A stretch of 61,129 nucleotides of DNA, counting the filler, from an uncultured bacterium (lineage in GTDB: Bacteria; CAZSTA01), in assembly GCA_964609495.1 (NCBI GenBank). It is 2 parts of 2 records of this genome, joined end to end, with 100 filler letters (N's around TTAATTAATTAA, not from the genome) between each part and the next. Parts side by side here need not be neighbours in the genome. Positions count along the whole stretch, not along the records: positions 31,364 to 61,129 come from CAZSTA010000021.1; 1 more part is not named here. One strand, given 5' to 3'. The position numbers were made by a program, and so were the translations under genes. Under the pieces are notes generated by a model. That model worked only from the letters and a program-made list of their open reading frames with translations. It was not told the DNA's origin and did no database searches. Shown here in pieces: positions 48,464 through 58,311 of this stretch (its first letter is position 1; each line of letters opens with the position of its first letter).

Positions 48464-49105
48464 CTACAGCGCTCCTGCGGCTGTCTCATCGATCAATCCA
48501 CCTAAGTGACAATTATCGTTCAGAAGCGATATTCTGGCTTTACCATCGATGAAATCTATAATATTTATCCCCGTATTGCCCTGTTTTATCTGCCAGAAAC
48601 GGGATAGATCGATTCCCAATAAACTGCATAGAATAACCTTATTGACAGCATCATGGGATACGGCTAAAACTGTCTGGTAAGGATGATTTCTAACGATAAT
48701 ATCTATTCCCTCCATCGCTCTTACTCTAACATCCTCCAGGGATTCCCCTTCGGGCATAGCGACCGTCTCTGGTCTTTCCCACCAATCCTCCAACACCTGG
48801 GGATATCTCTCTTTAATCTCTTCAAGTGACAAACCTTCCCATAGACCATGGCTGATCTCAGTCAACTGAGAAATAATTATAACCTGAAGATTATGACTAT
48901 CAGCGACTACACCAGCAGTATCATAAGCCCGCTTTAGAGGACTGGAATAGATAGCATCTAAACGAATCTTCTCCAGGGCTTTGGCTAAAAGCTCAGCTTG
49001 ATGTCTTCCTCTCAGATTGAGCTCGGTATCCTCACGCCCCTGAAATCTTCGCAAGTGATTCCAGTATGTCTCACCATGTCTAACTAATATCACCCTCGTT
49101 TGCAT
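48464..49105 (-). CDS. histidine phosphatase, probable metal-independent phosphoserine phosphatase (PspA/iPSP type)
   Basis: RHG motif, EISHGLWEG, LNDNCHLG, C-terminal TAAGAL; directly downstream of serA. Confidence 0.8.
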   Translation of the reverse strand: MQTRVILVRHGETYWNHLRRFQGREDTELNLRGRHQAELLAKALEKIRLDAIYSSPLKRAYDTAGVVADSHNLQVIIISQLTEISHGLWEGLSLEEIKERYPQVLEDWWERPETVAMPEGESLEDVRVRAMEGIDIIVRNHPYQTVLAVSHDAVNKVILCSLLGIDLSRFWQIKQGNTGINIIDFIDGKARISLLNDNCHLGGLIDETAAGAL

Positions 49106-49120
49106 TTTGTCTTCTTTAAG

Positions 49121-50698
49121 TTACAATTCCACCGATTTACCAAGGGCTATACCCTCGATATTCATAATTTCATCGATCAGCTCTGGGGGGACGGAATCAT
49201 CGACTGAGAGAACAACCACCGCTTTTCCTCTTGGTCTTTCTCGTCCCAATTGCATACCCGCGATATTTATATTAGCACTACCCAGGATAGTGCCCATTCG
49301 ACCGACGAACCCTGGCCGATCGGTATGCCAGACGATGAGTAGATGACCTAAGGGAACGACATCAACCCGATATCCATCGATTATCACTATTCTCGGATCA
49401 GTTTTGCCGAACAGCGTTCCCGCGACCTCCAATTTCCTCTTTGCCGAATGAACCATCGAGATGATCAGACTGGTATAGTCTATAGCCGTGGCGCTCCTGC
49501 TCTCCCGCACCGTGATTCCTCTACTCTCAGCAATCATAGGAGAGTTGACGAAGTTGACCATCCCCTCCGTAATCATCTCTAATAGCCCCTTTAAGAAACT
49601 ATTAGTAACTATCTTCATATCGAAGTTAGATAATTTCCCATTGTAAATCACTTCCACTGATTCTATGGGACCATCAGCTAACTGCCCCTGCAATTTGCCC
49701 ATCTGCTCAGCTAACTTTATATATGGCTTTACCTCCTCTAAAATTTCCTTGGGCAATGTGGGGATGTTGATCGCGTTTCTAACTGTTTCCCCTTTAAGAG
49801 CCGCGATCACCTGATCGGCTACATCTATGGCTACGTTGACCTGAGCCTCCGCGGTTGAGGCGGCTAGATGAGGAGTACAGATCACTGAATCTAATTCGAG
49901 GAGAGGGCTATCGGTAGGAGGTTCACTCTCATAGACATCCAGGGCAGCTCCCGCGACTTTACCGCTTTTCAGAGCTTTATAGAGGGAACGCTCATCTACA
50001 ACCCCTCCTCGAGCGCAGTTGAGCACCCTTATCCCATCCTTCATCAGTTCGAATTCTCGCTCTCCGAGCATACCCTTGGTAGAATCGGTTAAGGGGGTAT
50101 GAATAGAGATATAATCGGAATTGGACAGGAGATTATCTAAAGAGGTCAACTCTACCCCTAACTTAGCGGCTTGGTCGGGAGAGACGAAGGGGTCATAAGC
50201 GATAACCTTCATATTCAACCCTCTAGCTCTAGTTGCTACCTGAGAGCCAACTCTCCCCAGCCCGATCAACCCTAAAGTTTTGTTATATATCTCAACCCCT
50301 AGATACTTTTTACGATCCCACTTCCCCATCTTGAGCGAAGCAGTAGCTTGGGGGATATTGCGGGAGAGGGCAACCAACATCGCGATCGTATGCTCCGCGG
50401 TGGAGATTATGTTACCCTCCGGGGCATTCAGAACGATTATCCCTCTTCTAGTCACGGCCTCCAGGTCTATATTATCTATTCCGACCCCAGCCCTTCCGAT
50501 AACCTTCAGATTGCCACCAGCCTCGATCACCTCTTTCGTCACCTTCGTTCTACTTCGCACCACTAAGGCATCGTATTCGCCTATCTTCTCAACTAGTTCA
50601 GGACCAGTTATCTTAGTTAGAACATCTACCCCGGCATACTCTCGTAATTTATCTATCCCAACTTGAGCAATAGAATCGCTCACTATTATTTTCAACAT
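49121..50698 (-). CDS. serA: D-3-phosphoglycerate dehydrogenase with ASB and ACT domains
   Basis: GRAGVGIDNID, GLGRVG, NCARGG, TPHL.AST.EAQ, DRPG..G..G.ILG..NINIA. Confidence 0.95.
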   Translation of the reverse strand: MLKIIVSDSIAQVGIDKLREYAGVDVLTKITGPELVEKIGEYDALVVRSRTKVTKEVIEAGGNLKVIGRAGVGIDNIDLEAVTRRGIIVLNAPEGNIISTAEHTIAMLVALSRNIPQATASLKMGKWDRKKYLGVEIYNKTLGLIGLGRVGSQVATRARGLNMKVIAYDPFVSPDQAAKLGVELTSLDNLLSNSDYISIHTPLTDSTKGMLGEREFELMKDGIRVLNCARGGVVDERSLYKALKSGKVAGAALDVYESEPPTDSPLLELDSVICTPHLAASTAEAQVNVAIDVADQVIAALKGETVRNAINIPTLPKEILEEVKPYIKLAEQMGKLQGQLADGPIESVEVIYNGKLSNFDMKIVTNSFLKGLLEMITEGMVNFVNSPMIAESRGITVRESRSATAIDYTSLIISMVHSAKRKLEVAGTLFGKTDPRIVIIDGYRVDVVPLGHLLIVWHTDRPGFVGRMGTILGSANINIAGMQLGRERPRGKAVVVLSVDDSVPPELIDEIMNIEGIALGKSVEL

Positions 50699-50819
50699 CT
50701 CTCACCTCTCTAAGCTCTATTTGAAAGGAAACTTTTGCCAATAAAACTCAAGTGTTCTGGTAACTTTTGCAGACAAAGATATATAAGGTTAAAAAAGTTA
50801 CCAGAATTAAAAGGTTTCC

Positions 50820-51959
50820 TTATTTAGGGAGATATTCCTCCGCGGCCCTTACGGCTTCACCTAGTTCAACTGAAAAACCATTCTCGATGAGGGACATCTC
50901 CAAAGCACATAAAGTAGCGATAGCCTCTAATCTATCGACAAATCCCATATGACCTATGCGGATGATCTTGCCCTTTAGCTCCTCTTGACCGCCCGCGATC
51001 ACGACGCCATATCTATCGCGCATAGTATTTCTAAGCGCCGTATCCTTCACTCCTTCAGGAATCTTGACCGCCGTTACGGAGTAGGAAGCCTCCTCATCTG
51101 GAACGAGTGGTTCTAATCCAATAGCTTTTACTCCCACTCTAGTAGCCTGAGCCATATCCTTATGTCTCTGCCAAACGTTCTCTATTCCCTCCTCCTTTAT
51201 CATATCTAAAACTTCTCTGAGAGCAACGATAAGGGAGATAGCCGGAGTCCAGGGAGTTTGCATCTTAGCTAGTGATTTCCTAGCGGCCTTAAGATCCCAA
51301 TAATATCTCGGAAGGTTCGATTCTTCAAGAGCCTCCCAAGCCTTATCGCTCAGGGTAATGAAGGCTAGACCAGGCGGGATCATCAATCCCTTCTGCGATC
51401 CTCCCACCGCGACGTCTATCCCCCATTCATCCGTTCTAAGTTCTATCGCTCCTAAAGAGGTGATGACATCAACCATAAGGAGTGCGGGATAACCAGAGGT
51501 GATCTGGGCTATGCTCTTAAGGTCGTTTAGGACCCCGGTCGAGGTCTCATTATGAACTAGCATAACTGCTTTATAGTTTTTATCTTTTAACCTTGCCTCG
51601 ATCTCCTTAGGAGCTACTGCCCTCCCCCACTGAACCTCTAATCTATCAACCTTAGTGGCGAAGGCCTCCGCGATATCGGCGAATCTCTCCGAGAATTTAC
51701 CAGATACTACAGCTAAAACCTCATCCCCAGCGGATAAAACGTTTACTACTGCCGCTTCCATCGCTCCAGTGCTAGAGGCGGTTAAGGTTAAAACATCGTT
51801 CTCAGTCTGAAATACATATTTTAAACCCTCATTGACCTCGGAGAAGATACGGCTAAATTCCTCGGTGCGATGATGGATTATAGGTCGACTCATAGCTAAG
51901 AGCGCCCTGGGAGGGATATTAGTAGGACCAGGAGTCATCAGATATTTTGTCTCTTTCAC
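50820..51959 (-). CDS. class V PLP aminotransferase (AGAT-like; likely phosphoserine aminotransferase role)
   Basis: MTPGPT, HNETSTG, GSQKGLM.PPG, RIGHMG; upstream of serA. Confidence 0.88.
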   Translation of the reverse strand: MKETKYLMTPGPTNIPPRALLAMSRPIIHHRTEEFSRIFSEVNEGLKYVFQTENDVLTLTASSTGAMEAAVVNVLSAGDEVLAVVSGKFSERFADIAEAFATKVDRLEVQWGRAVAPKEIEARLKDKNYKAVMLVHNETSTGVLNDLKSIAQITSGYPALLMVDVITSLGAIELRTDEWGIDVAVGGSQKGLMIPPGLAFITLSDKAWEALEESNLPRYYWDLKAARKSLAKMQTPWTPAISLIVALREVLDMIKEEGIENVWQRHKDMAQATRVGVKAIGLEPLVPDEEASYSVTAVKIPEGVKDTALRNTMRDRYGVVIAGGQEELKGKIIRIGHMGFVDRLEAIATLCALEMSLIENGFSVELGEAVRAAEEYLPK

Positions 51960-51982
51960 TTAATATAATCACCTCGATTTTA

Positions 51983-52203
51983 TTGGTTTTTGCTGAATTA
52001 ACAAAGCTATCAGAGAATCTTGCTAATTATCACCCTCCCCCTAACCCCCTCCCATCAAGGGAGGGGGGAATAAAGGGCTTTAGTTCAATCTCAATGTTCC
52101 CTCTCCCCTCGTGGGAGAGGGATAGGGTGAGGGGGAATTAGTCTTTAACTCCCTAACGAAGAACTAAGAATATGATACTCCCGATTATAAGTTCAAAAAC
52201 CAA
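51983..52203. repeat. REP/REPIN-like element
   Basis: reverse complement of 1325-1470 including flank TTGGTTTTTGCTGAATTAA; near-identical to 38841-39015. Confidence 0.88.
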
Positions 52204-52257
52204 TTAAAAGATGCGACACGATGCAGATATTTATTTAATCCACATCGTGTATCAATC

Positions 52258-52656
52258 CTATTTTATCTCAGCTACCGCTCCGGCTTCTTCAAGTCTGGCT
52301 TTAGCTTGCTCAGCTTCCTCCTTGGAGACGCCGTGTTTGATCGGGCTAGGAGCGTTATCAACGACCTCCTTGGCTTCTTTTAAGCCTAGAGGAGTGAGCT
52401 CTCTAACAGCTTTGATAACTTGAATCTTCTTGGATCCTATCTCCTTGAGAATGACATCGAACTCGGTCTGCTCCTCAACAACCTCCTCTGGGGCAGCTCC
52501 TCCAGCCGCGGCGGGCATAACAGCCATAGGCACAGAGGCGGTAACTCCAAATTTCTCCTCAAAAGCTTTTACTAACTCGGCTAACTCCATAACGGTCATC
52601 TGTTCGATAGCTGCCAGTATTTCATCCTTAGTTAATTTCTGGGCGGTTTCTGCCAC
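52258..52656 (-). CDS. rplL: 50S ribosomal protein L7/L12
   Basis: [38 protein letters not shown]. Confidence 0.97.
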   Translation of the reverse strand: MAETAQKLTKDEILAAIEQMTVMELAELVKAFEEKFGVTASVPMAVMPAAAGGAAPEEVVEEQTEFDVILKEIGSKKIQVIKAVRELTPLGLKEAKEVVDNAPSPIKHGVSKEEAEQAKARLEEAGAVAEIK

Positions 52657-52704
52657 TATCTATTCACCTCCTTGTATCCACTAATCATATATATAGATGA
52701 CAAA

Positions 52705-53232
52705 TTAAGCGGCTTGTTCCTCCCTCTTTTTCTGCAAAGCCAAAACAGCATAAGCAAATTGACGTAGGAGACCAGATAGAACCCCTACGAAACCACTCAG
52801 AGGGCCCTGCATCCCCCCGAGAACCTGTCCCAATATAACCTCTCGAGGTGGTAAGGAGGCTAGATTTTTAACTTCCTCTGCATCCATTATCCTTGTTCCC
52901 AACAAGCCACCTTTGATCTTCAGTTTAGCATTCTGTTTAGCATAATCCAATAACAATTTAGCCGCTACTGAGGTATCACCACCTCCAAAGGCAACAGCCG
53001 TTGGTCCTTCAAGCAACCGCTCTAGTTCTTCCAAACCAAGATTTCTAGCGACTATCTTCGTTAGAGTATTCTTAACCACCCGAAATCGAATCGTCTCTTC
53101 GCGAAGCTTCCTCCTAAGCTCCATAATCTCGCCGACTGTCAAACCTCGGTAGTCGGCTAAGATCGCTCCCTGAGCTTTCTCAAATTCTCCTTGCAACTCC
53201 GTTACTAAGGCTTCCTTCTCCGACTTATTCAA
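52705..53232 (-). CDS. rplJ: 50S ribosomal protein L10
   Basis: DYRGLTV, VVKNTL, GPTAVAF, LASLP.RE. Confidence 0.97.
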   Translation of the reverse strand: MNKSEKEALVTELQGEFEKAQGAILADYRGLTVGEIMELRRKLREETIRFRVVKNTLTKIVARNLGLEELERLLEGPTAVAFGGGDTSVAAKLLLDYAKQNAKLKIKGGLLGTRIMDAEEVKNLASLPPREVILGQVLGGMQGPLSGFVGVLSGLLRQFAYAVLALQKKREEQAA

Positions 53233-53271
53233 TCACTTTTCACCTCTTTTCCCAGCCCAATTTCTCGCATA

Positions 53272-53392
53272 GAAAAAGCCTCCGAGACATAACTGGAGGC
53301 CCGATAAGTTCGTTATCACTAATAATCGACCTCGGTAGGCAGAGCCAGCTCTTTTAAGTTATAACTAACACCTACTGTCTACGGCTTTCAAG
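53272..53392 (-). ncRNA. L10 ribosomal protein leader
   Basis: minus strand CCGTAGACAGTAGGT...TTAA...CCTACCGAGG, then GCCTCC..GGAGGC-TTTTT terminator, upstream of rplJ. Confidence 0.85.
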
Positions 53393-53413
53393 TCTTTCTA
53401 GATTTTGCTTAGT

Positions 53414-53442
53414 ATAATAACATATTTTCGAGATATTGTCAA
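53414..53442 (-). promoter_or_regulatory. sigma70 promoter of rplJL
   Basis: minus strand TTGACA-17nt-TATTAT with TG. Confidence 0.65.
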
Positions 53443-53745
53443 CCCCTTGTTTCAAAAATTTATCAGCAGATTCTGGGAGATCTACTGATTATTGGGAATA
53501 GGACAAGACTCAGGCTTATAAAAAAGAATATATCAAAAAGCATAATTATGACTACTTCAGCCTTTGTAGCAGCTACCCGAATACAACTTAGCCTTTCAAT
53601 CCAGTCATAGTAACGGCTCTGTAAAAAATAGAATGAAAAAAGTCGAAAATTTGCTGAACTGGTGCGATGAAAGGTGGGGGGGGTAGTCAAGAGACCATAT
53701 AAAATCTAGCTTCAGCTTCAATTTAGAGAGCTAATTTTTGACAGA

Positions 53746-53800
53746 ACCTCCCATCGAGGGAGGGGGAGAATCACATTCCTCAGCACGAAGTTTACATGCC
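53746..53800. repeat. partial REP-like copy with tail
   Basis: CTCCCATCGAGGGAGGGGGAGAATCACATTCCTCAGCACGAAGTTTACATGC matches 38860-38878 and 39088-39126. Confidence 0.8.
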
Positions 53801-53822
53801 TACTTTTTTTCAAACAAAATAC

Positions 53823-53851
53823 TTGACTCTTGATACGACAGATGATATAAT
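53823..53851 (+). promoter_or_regulatory. sigma70 promoter of pilin-like genes
   Basis: TTGACT-17nt-TATAAT with TG. Confidence 0.7.
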
Positions 53852-53976
53852 AATAGCGTTGCGATATTTCAGATAAACTTTAGAACGCTTTGAAAAGACC
53901 AGTTATCTGATTTTTCCCAGTCGGTTTGACAAATATAAAGTCTAAATTACTTTTTTGTTGATTATAGGAGGTCAAG

Positions 53977-54366
53977 ATGAGATCCATCATCAGAGACCAA
54001 AGAGGGATGGTCATAGGGGAGTGGATATTTATAATAGGTGTATTTGCCTTCATAACGGCGGCCGGTGTCTATGACCTAAATGTAAGAGAAGAGATAGCTA
54101 TCTGTCAAGCCAACCAAGTAGATATAATGATCGCCATAAATATGTGGGAGAAAGAGCATCCGGGAGAGAAGTGGGAGAAGAAAAAGGGAGAGGAACTTTA
54201 TGAAGCTCTAGCGGAATATCTGCCTCCCGAGGTATTTGAGTGTCCCAGAGGGAAACATAATGGTCCTCATGATTATGCCACTAAAGCTAGAGGTAAGGTG
54301 GTTTGTTTAGTTGATCCTTTGGTTCATAGCCGTAAGCCGGTGATAGCGAAGACGTATTTTATGTAG
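53977..54366 (+). CDS. type IV pilin-like protein
   Basis: class III signal RDQRG^MVIGE plus hydrophobic stretch; C.ANQ..I..AI.MW, FECP, VVC. Confidence 0.7.
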   Translation: MRSIIRDQRGMVIGEWIFIIGVFAFITAAGVYDLNVREEIAICQANQVDIMIAINMWEKEHPGEKWEKKKGEELYEALAEYLPPEVFECPRGKHNGPHDYATKARGKVVCLVDPLVHSRKPVIAKTYFM

Positions 54367-54399
54367 AGAAGCTAATTCGGAACGATGAGGGAGCGGAAT

Positions 54400-54807
54400 A
54401 TGTTTAAACTACTAAGGGAAAAACGGGGTATAACCGCGATCGAAGTAATCATAATTATCGCTATTCTAGCTGTCTATATAGTGTTAGGAGGACGTTGGCA
54501 AAGGAAACAGGTTCTTAGAAATACTTGTATCCAGAATCAGAGGAATATACGAACTGCTATAAGGATGTGGCATCGAGACCATCCTGATGAGAAATGGAAA
54601 GCTACTAAAGGTGCTGAGACCCACGATGTTTTGGTCGAATATATCGAAGCTCAACCCAGCACTGTTTTTGATTGCCCAGCAGATGGCAATGAGGCGGATG
54701 AGTTTAAAGACAAGCCGGAGTTCAAACAGGATACGGATGATTATGATACTGATGATGAGGGGAATGTATATTGCCGGATAGATCATTCTCATAATATCAA
54801 GGAATGA
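54400..54807 (+). CDS. type IV pilin-like protein (paralog)
   Basis: REKRG^ITAIEVIIIIAILAV; C.QNQ..I..AI.MW, FDCP, VYC..DH; start could also be 54385. Confidence 0.78.
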   Translation: MFKLLREKRGITAIEVIIIIAILAVYIVLGGRWQRKQVLRNTCIQNQRNIRTAIRMWHRDHPDEKWKATKGAETHDVLVEYIEAQPSTVFDCPADGNEADEFKDKPEFKQDTDDYDTDDEGNVYCRIDHSHNIKE

Positions 54808-54900
54808 AAGGGGTGATATAGAGGGAGGGATATTTTTTAGGAGGGAAAATTGATAAGCGGTTTATAAACACACTCAATAAAAATCAACGGAGGTGTTGAG

Positions 54901-56307
54901 ATGTCGACAAGAACCAAGTGGTCGCTAATCTTATTAGTAGGTATGTTAATGATGGCTTTGACCTTCTCTTCGGTCTCGGCAAAGACGAAGGTTATTATCT
55001 GGGGGATCAACGATACTGTCCCCGGAGGGCATAGGGAGCAGGTTCAGACTTTCAACAAGCTTCATCCCGATATCGAGTTGGTATCGGAGGTTCAGACTGC
55101 CGCCGCAGGACAAACTCCCGAGAGTATGCAGAAGTTGATGACCGCGATCGCGGCTGGTAATCCACCTGATATAACGACTCTGGACAGGTTCGTGGTTGGT
55201 AGCTGGGCGGCAAGAGGTGCCTTAACGAGTATTGATGCTCTGATAAAAAGAGATGGAGTTCCCAAGAAGGAGGATTGGGTCGATGCTACTTGGGAGGAGT
55301 GCAAATGGGATGGTGAGATGTTCGCTCTTCCCCCCGGACATGATATTGGACATCTCGGTCTGTGGAGCTTGTATTGGAATAAGGATCTGTTCGCTGAGGC
55401 TGGTTTAGATCCTGAGGTTCCTCCTAAATCCTGGGATGATCTTCTAGAGTATGCCAGTAAGTTGTTTATAGAGGATGAGGGAGAGATCGAGCAACTGGGC
55501 TTCCGCTATATCTGGGCTGGTGCGGTGGAGCTCTATCAGTTCGGTTGGTCGAACGGGGGACGTTTTATGGAGAGTCCTCGCAAGGCTACTGTTAACGATC
55601 CTAAGAACGTCGAAGCCCTCGAGTTTATGGTCGAGCTTTATGATGAGCTAGGAGGCATGGAGAATATCGGAACCTTCCTCTCCAGCTTCCAGGGAGTAGA
55701 GCAAGACCCCTTCCTGACCGGTCTAGCCGCGATGGAGATCCATGGCGACTGGACGATCAGATTCGATATCGGACGCTATAAACCCGACTTGAACTTTGGT
55801 GTGCGTCCCACTCCTTCTCCTGATGGCGAACACTTCACCGCTTGGGGTGGTGGTTGGTCCTGGGTGATCCCCAAGGGGGCTAAGAACGTGGAAGAGGCTT
55901 GGACAGTTATGAAGTGGTTAACCAGTGTCGAAGGGCTCCTAGTGAGGGCTAGAGGAGATGCGGCTTATGATCACTCCGAAGGACGCGTCCATATCCCTCT
56001 GCCTATAGCTAATGTCCCAGCTAATAAGGCTATCCAGGCGGAGTTCTATCCCGCGGTCAGAGAGAACTGTCCTTGCATCGCTGATGCTATCGATTACTTC
56101 AGCAACATCTACGATTATGGGGTGGAGAAGATATTCTGGCGTCCAGTCTGCACCGTAGCGGATGTCTTATGGGCTGAGATGGATAGAGCTTGCCAAGCTG
56201 CTCTATTCCACCAATTAACTCCTCAGCAGGCTATGGATGAAGCTAATACTAACGTTCAGAAGGGCGCCGATGAGTACTGGAAGAGAAAAGATCAGGAGAG
56301 CAAGTAG
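54901..56307 (+). CDS. carbohydrate ABC transporter solute-binding protein
   Basis: signal peptide, AAGNPPDI, YWNKDLFAEAGLDP..PPK.WD, GGWSWVIP. Confidence 0.9.
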   Translation: MSTRTKWSLILLVGMLMMALTFSSVSAKTKVIIWGINDTVPGGHREQVQTFNKLHPDIELVSEVQTAAAGQTPESMQKLMTAIAAGNPPDITTLDRFVVGSWAARGALTSIDALIKRDGVPKKEDWVDATWEECKWDGEMFALPPGHDIGHLGLWSLYWNKDLFAEAGLDPEVPPKSWDDLLEYASKLFIEDEGEIEQLGFRYIWAGAVELYQFGWSNGGRFMESPRKATVNDPKNVEALEFMVELYDELGGMENIGTFLSSFQGVEQDPFLTGLAAMEIHGDWTIRFDIGRYKPDLNFGVRPTPSPDGEHFTAWGGGWSWVIPKGAKNVEEAWTVMKWLTSVEGLLVRARGDAAYDHSEGRVHIPLPIANVPANKAIQAEFYPAVRENCPCIADAIDYFSNIYDYGVEKIFWRPVCTVADVLWAEMDRACQAALFHQLTPQQAMDEANTNVQKGADEYWKRKDQESK

Positions 56308-56329
56308 AAAGAAGAACTCTTTACATCTT

Positions 56330-56354
56330 TGCGGTCAGGGATGACCTGACCGCA
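56330..56354 (+). terminator. stem-loop after SBP gene (stabiliser or partial terminator)
   Basis: TGCGGTCAGG-GATGA-CCTGACCGCA. Confidence 0.6.
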
Positions 56355-56403
56355 TATTTATCTATTAAAATTAGAGTAACTAAGAACAAACAAATAGAAG
56401 AGG

Positions 56404-57354
56404 GTGATATTCAGAATGGTCGAGGCAGAAGGTATCGGTAAAAGGAGAAGAAAAGGGAGCAGAATGCGCCGTAATGAGGCTATAGCTGGAGTAATTGCGG
56501 TCTCGCCCTGGATATTTGGCTTTCTGGTGTTCACCGTAGGCCCTATAGTAGCCTCTATAATCTTAAGTTTCTCGCTATATGATGTGCTCAATCCTCCTCT
56601 CTTCGTGGGATTAGAGAACTATAAGAATCTATTCTTTGAAGACCCTAAATTCTGGAAATCGTTATATAACACAGTATATATCACAGCTATCGGTGTCCCC
56701 TTAGGAGTACTCAGTGGTCTATCCCTAGCTATGTTGCTCAACCTCGATGTGAGTGGGATCACCTGGTATAGGACGCTTTATTATCTGCCCTATATCGTTC
56801 CTACGGTAGCCAGTTCTATCCTCTGGGTTTGGATCTTCAATCCCCACTATGGTTTTCTAACGTCTATCTTCAAGTTCGTGGGATTAAAGAGTCCGCTTTG
56901 GTTAGGTGATCCCAAATGGTCTAAACCGGCGATCATCTTGATGGGATTATGGGGAGCGGGCGGAACTATGGTCATCTATCTAGCTGGTTTAAAGAACATC
57001 CCTAAACAGCTCTATGAGGCGGCGGATATAGATGGGGCTAATTGGTGGGCGAAGTTAATCAATATTACCCTCCCCATGTTGACCCCAACTATATTCTTCA
57101 ACTCGGTGATGGGGATTATAGGCTCTTTCCAAATTTTCACCCAAGCCTACATTATGACCCAAGGTGGACCCGTAGATTCCACGCTCTTCTACGTCTATTA
57201 TCTATTTAACAACGCCTTTGCCTACTTCAAGATGGGATATGCCTGTTCTATGGCTTGGATTTTATTCATCATCATTCTGATATTTACTCTAATTCAGTTC
57301 AGATTATCGCGTTATTGGGTGTATTATGAAATGGCGCCAACGAGGAGATGGTGA
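56404..57354 (+). CDS. carbohydrate ABC transporter permease
   Basis: FVGLENY, EAA loop LYEAADIDGA, ITLPMLTP; exact start uncertain. Confidence 0.92.
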   Translation: MIFRMVEAEGIGKRRRKGSRMRRNEAIAGVIAVSPWIFGFLVFTVGPIVASIILSFSLYDVLNPPLFVGLENYKNLFFEDPKFWKSLYNTVYITAIGVPLGVLSGLSLAMLLNLDVSGITWYRTLYYLPYIVPTVASSILWVWIFNPHYGFLTSIFKFVGLKSPLWLGDPKWSKPAIILMGLWGAGGTMVIYLAGLKNIPKQLYEAADIDGANWWAKLINITLPMLTPTIFFNSVMGIIGSFQIFTQAYIMTQGGPVDSTLFYVYYLFNNAFAYFKMGYACSMAWILFIIILIFTLIQFRLSRYWVYYEMAPTRRW

Positions 57355-57357
57355 GAA

Positions 57358-58209
57358 ATGGCAAGGACAACAAAAGGAAAAGTCAGAGATTTCGTAAAAC
57401 AAGCTGCCTCACATCTTGTATTAGCCTCAGGATGCGGGATATTTCTCTTCCCCTTTGTGTGGATGCTTTCGACATCCCTGAAACCCGATCAAGAGATCTT
57501 CGTCTATCCTCCTATTATCATTCCTCGACCAATATTGTGGGAGAACTATCCCAAGATGTGGAATTACCTTCCCTTCTTCAGCTTTTTGAGGAATACAATG
57601 TATGTAACCTCTATGGTTTTAATAGGGACAATCCTCTCCTGCTCAGTAGTGGCTTATGGTTTCTCTCGCTTGAGATGGCCCGGGAGAGATGTAGTCTTCA
57701 TAATGGTCTTGGCCACGATGATGTTGCCCTTTCAGGTGACTATGATTCCCCTGTATTTGATCTTCAAACAATTGAATTGGATCAATACTTTTAAGCCTCT
57801 CTGGATAGGATCATTCTTTGCGGTTAACGGCTTCTTCGTCTTTCTCCTGCGGCAGTTCTATCTCACGATTCCCTTAGAGCTAGAGGATGCCGCCAAGATA
57901 GACGGTTGTGGATACTTTGGGATCTACTGGAGGATAATGTTGCCCCTGATTAAGCCTGCTTTAGCAACGGTTGCTATCTTCTCTTTTATGTGGACTTGGA
58001 ATGACTTCATAGGTCCTTTGATATATATAAACTCTGTTGATAAGATGACCTTGGCTTTAGGATTGCGCCTATTTCAGACGACATATAGCGCCGAGTGGGC
58101 TCTGATGATGAGCGCCGCTACAGTAATGACCCTACCTGTTCTGACTCTCTTCTTCGTTGCTCAGAAGTACTTCATACAAGGGATAACCCTTACGGGAATG
58201 AAGGGATAA
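57358..58209 (+). CDS. carbohydrate ABC transporter permease
   Basis: LEDAAKIDG, WNDF..PL, QKYFIQGI..TGMKG. Confidence 0.92.
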   Translation: MARTTKGKVRDFVKQAASHLVLASGCGIFLFPFVWMLSTSLKPDQEIFVYPPIIIPRPILWENYPKMWNYLPFFSFLRNTMYVTSMVLIGTILSCSVVAYGFSRLRWPGRDVVFIMVLATMMLPFQVTMIPLYLIFKQLNWINTFKPLWIGSFFAVNGFFVFLLRQFYLTIPLELEDAAKIDGCGYFGIYWRIMLPLIKPALATVAIFSFMWTWNDFIGPLIYINSVDKMTLALGLRLFQTTYSAEWALMMSAATVMTLPVLTLFFVAQKYFIQGITLTGMKG

Positions 58210-58311
58210 TAGTATCCCTTTTAGGATTCTGATGATAAGAGTTTAAATGGGAATGATATAAGTGATCTAGGTTTAGATCACTTAAATTTTGTTATAACCG
58301 AGGATGATAAA

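Noticed and set aside
53463-53690. 75-aa minus-strand ORF upstream of rplJ
   Set aside because: No similarity to rplA or any family I recognise; likely spurious
53869-53920. c-di-GMP riboswitch upstream of the pilins
   Set aside because: Only a TCAGATAA...TTATCTGA stem; GEMM core motifs are absent
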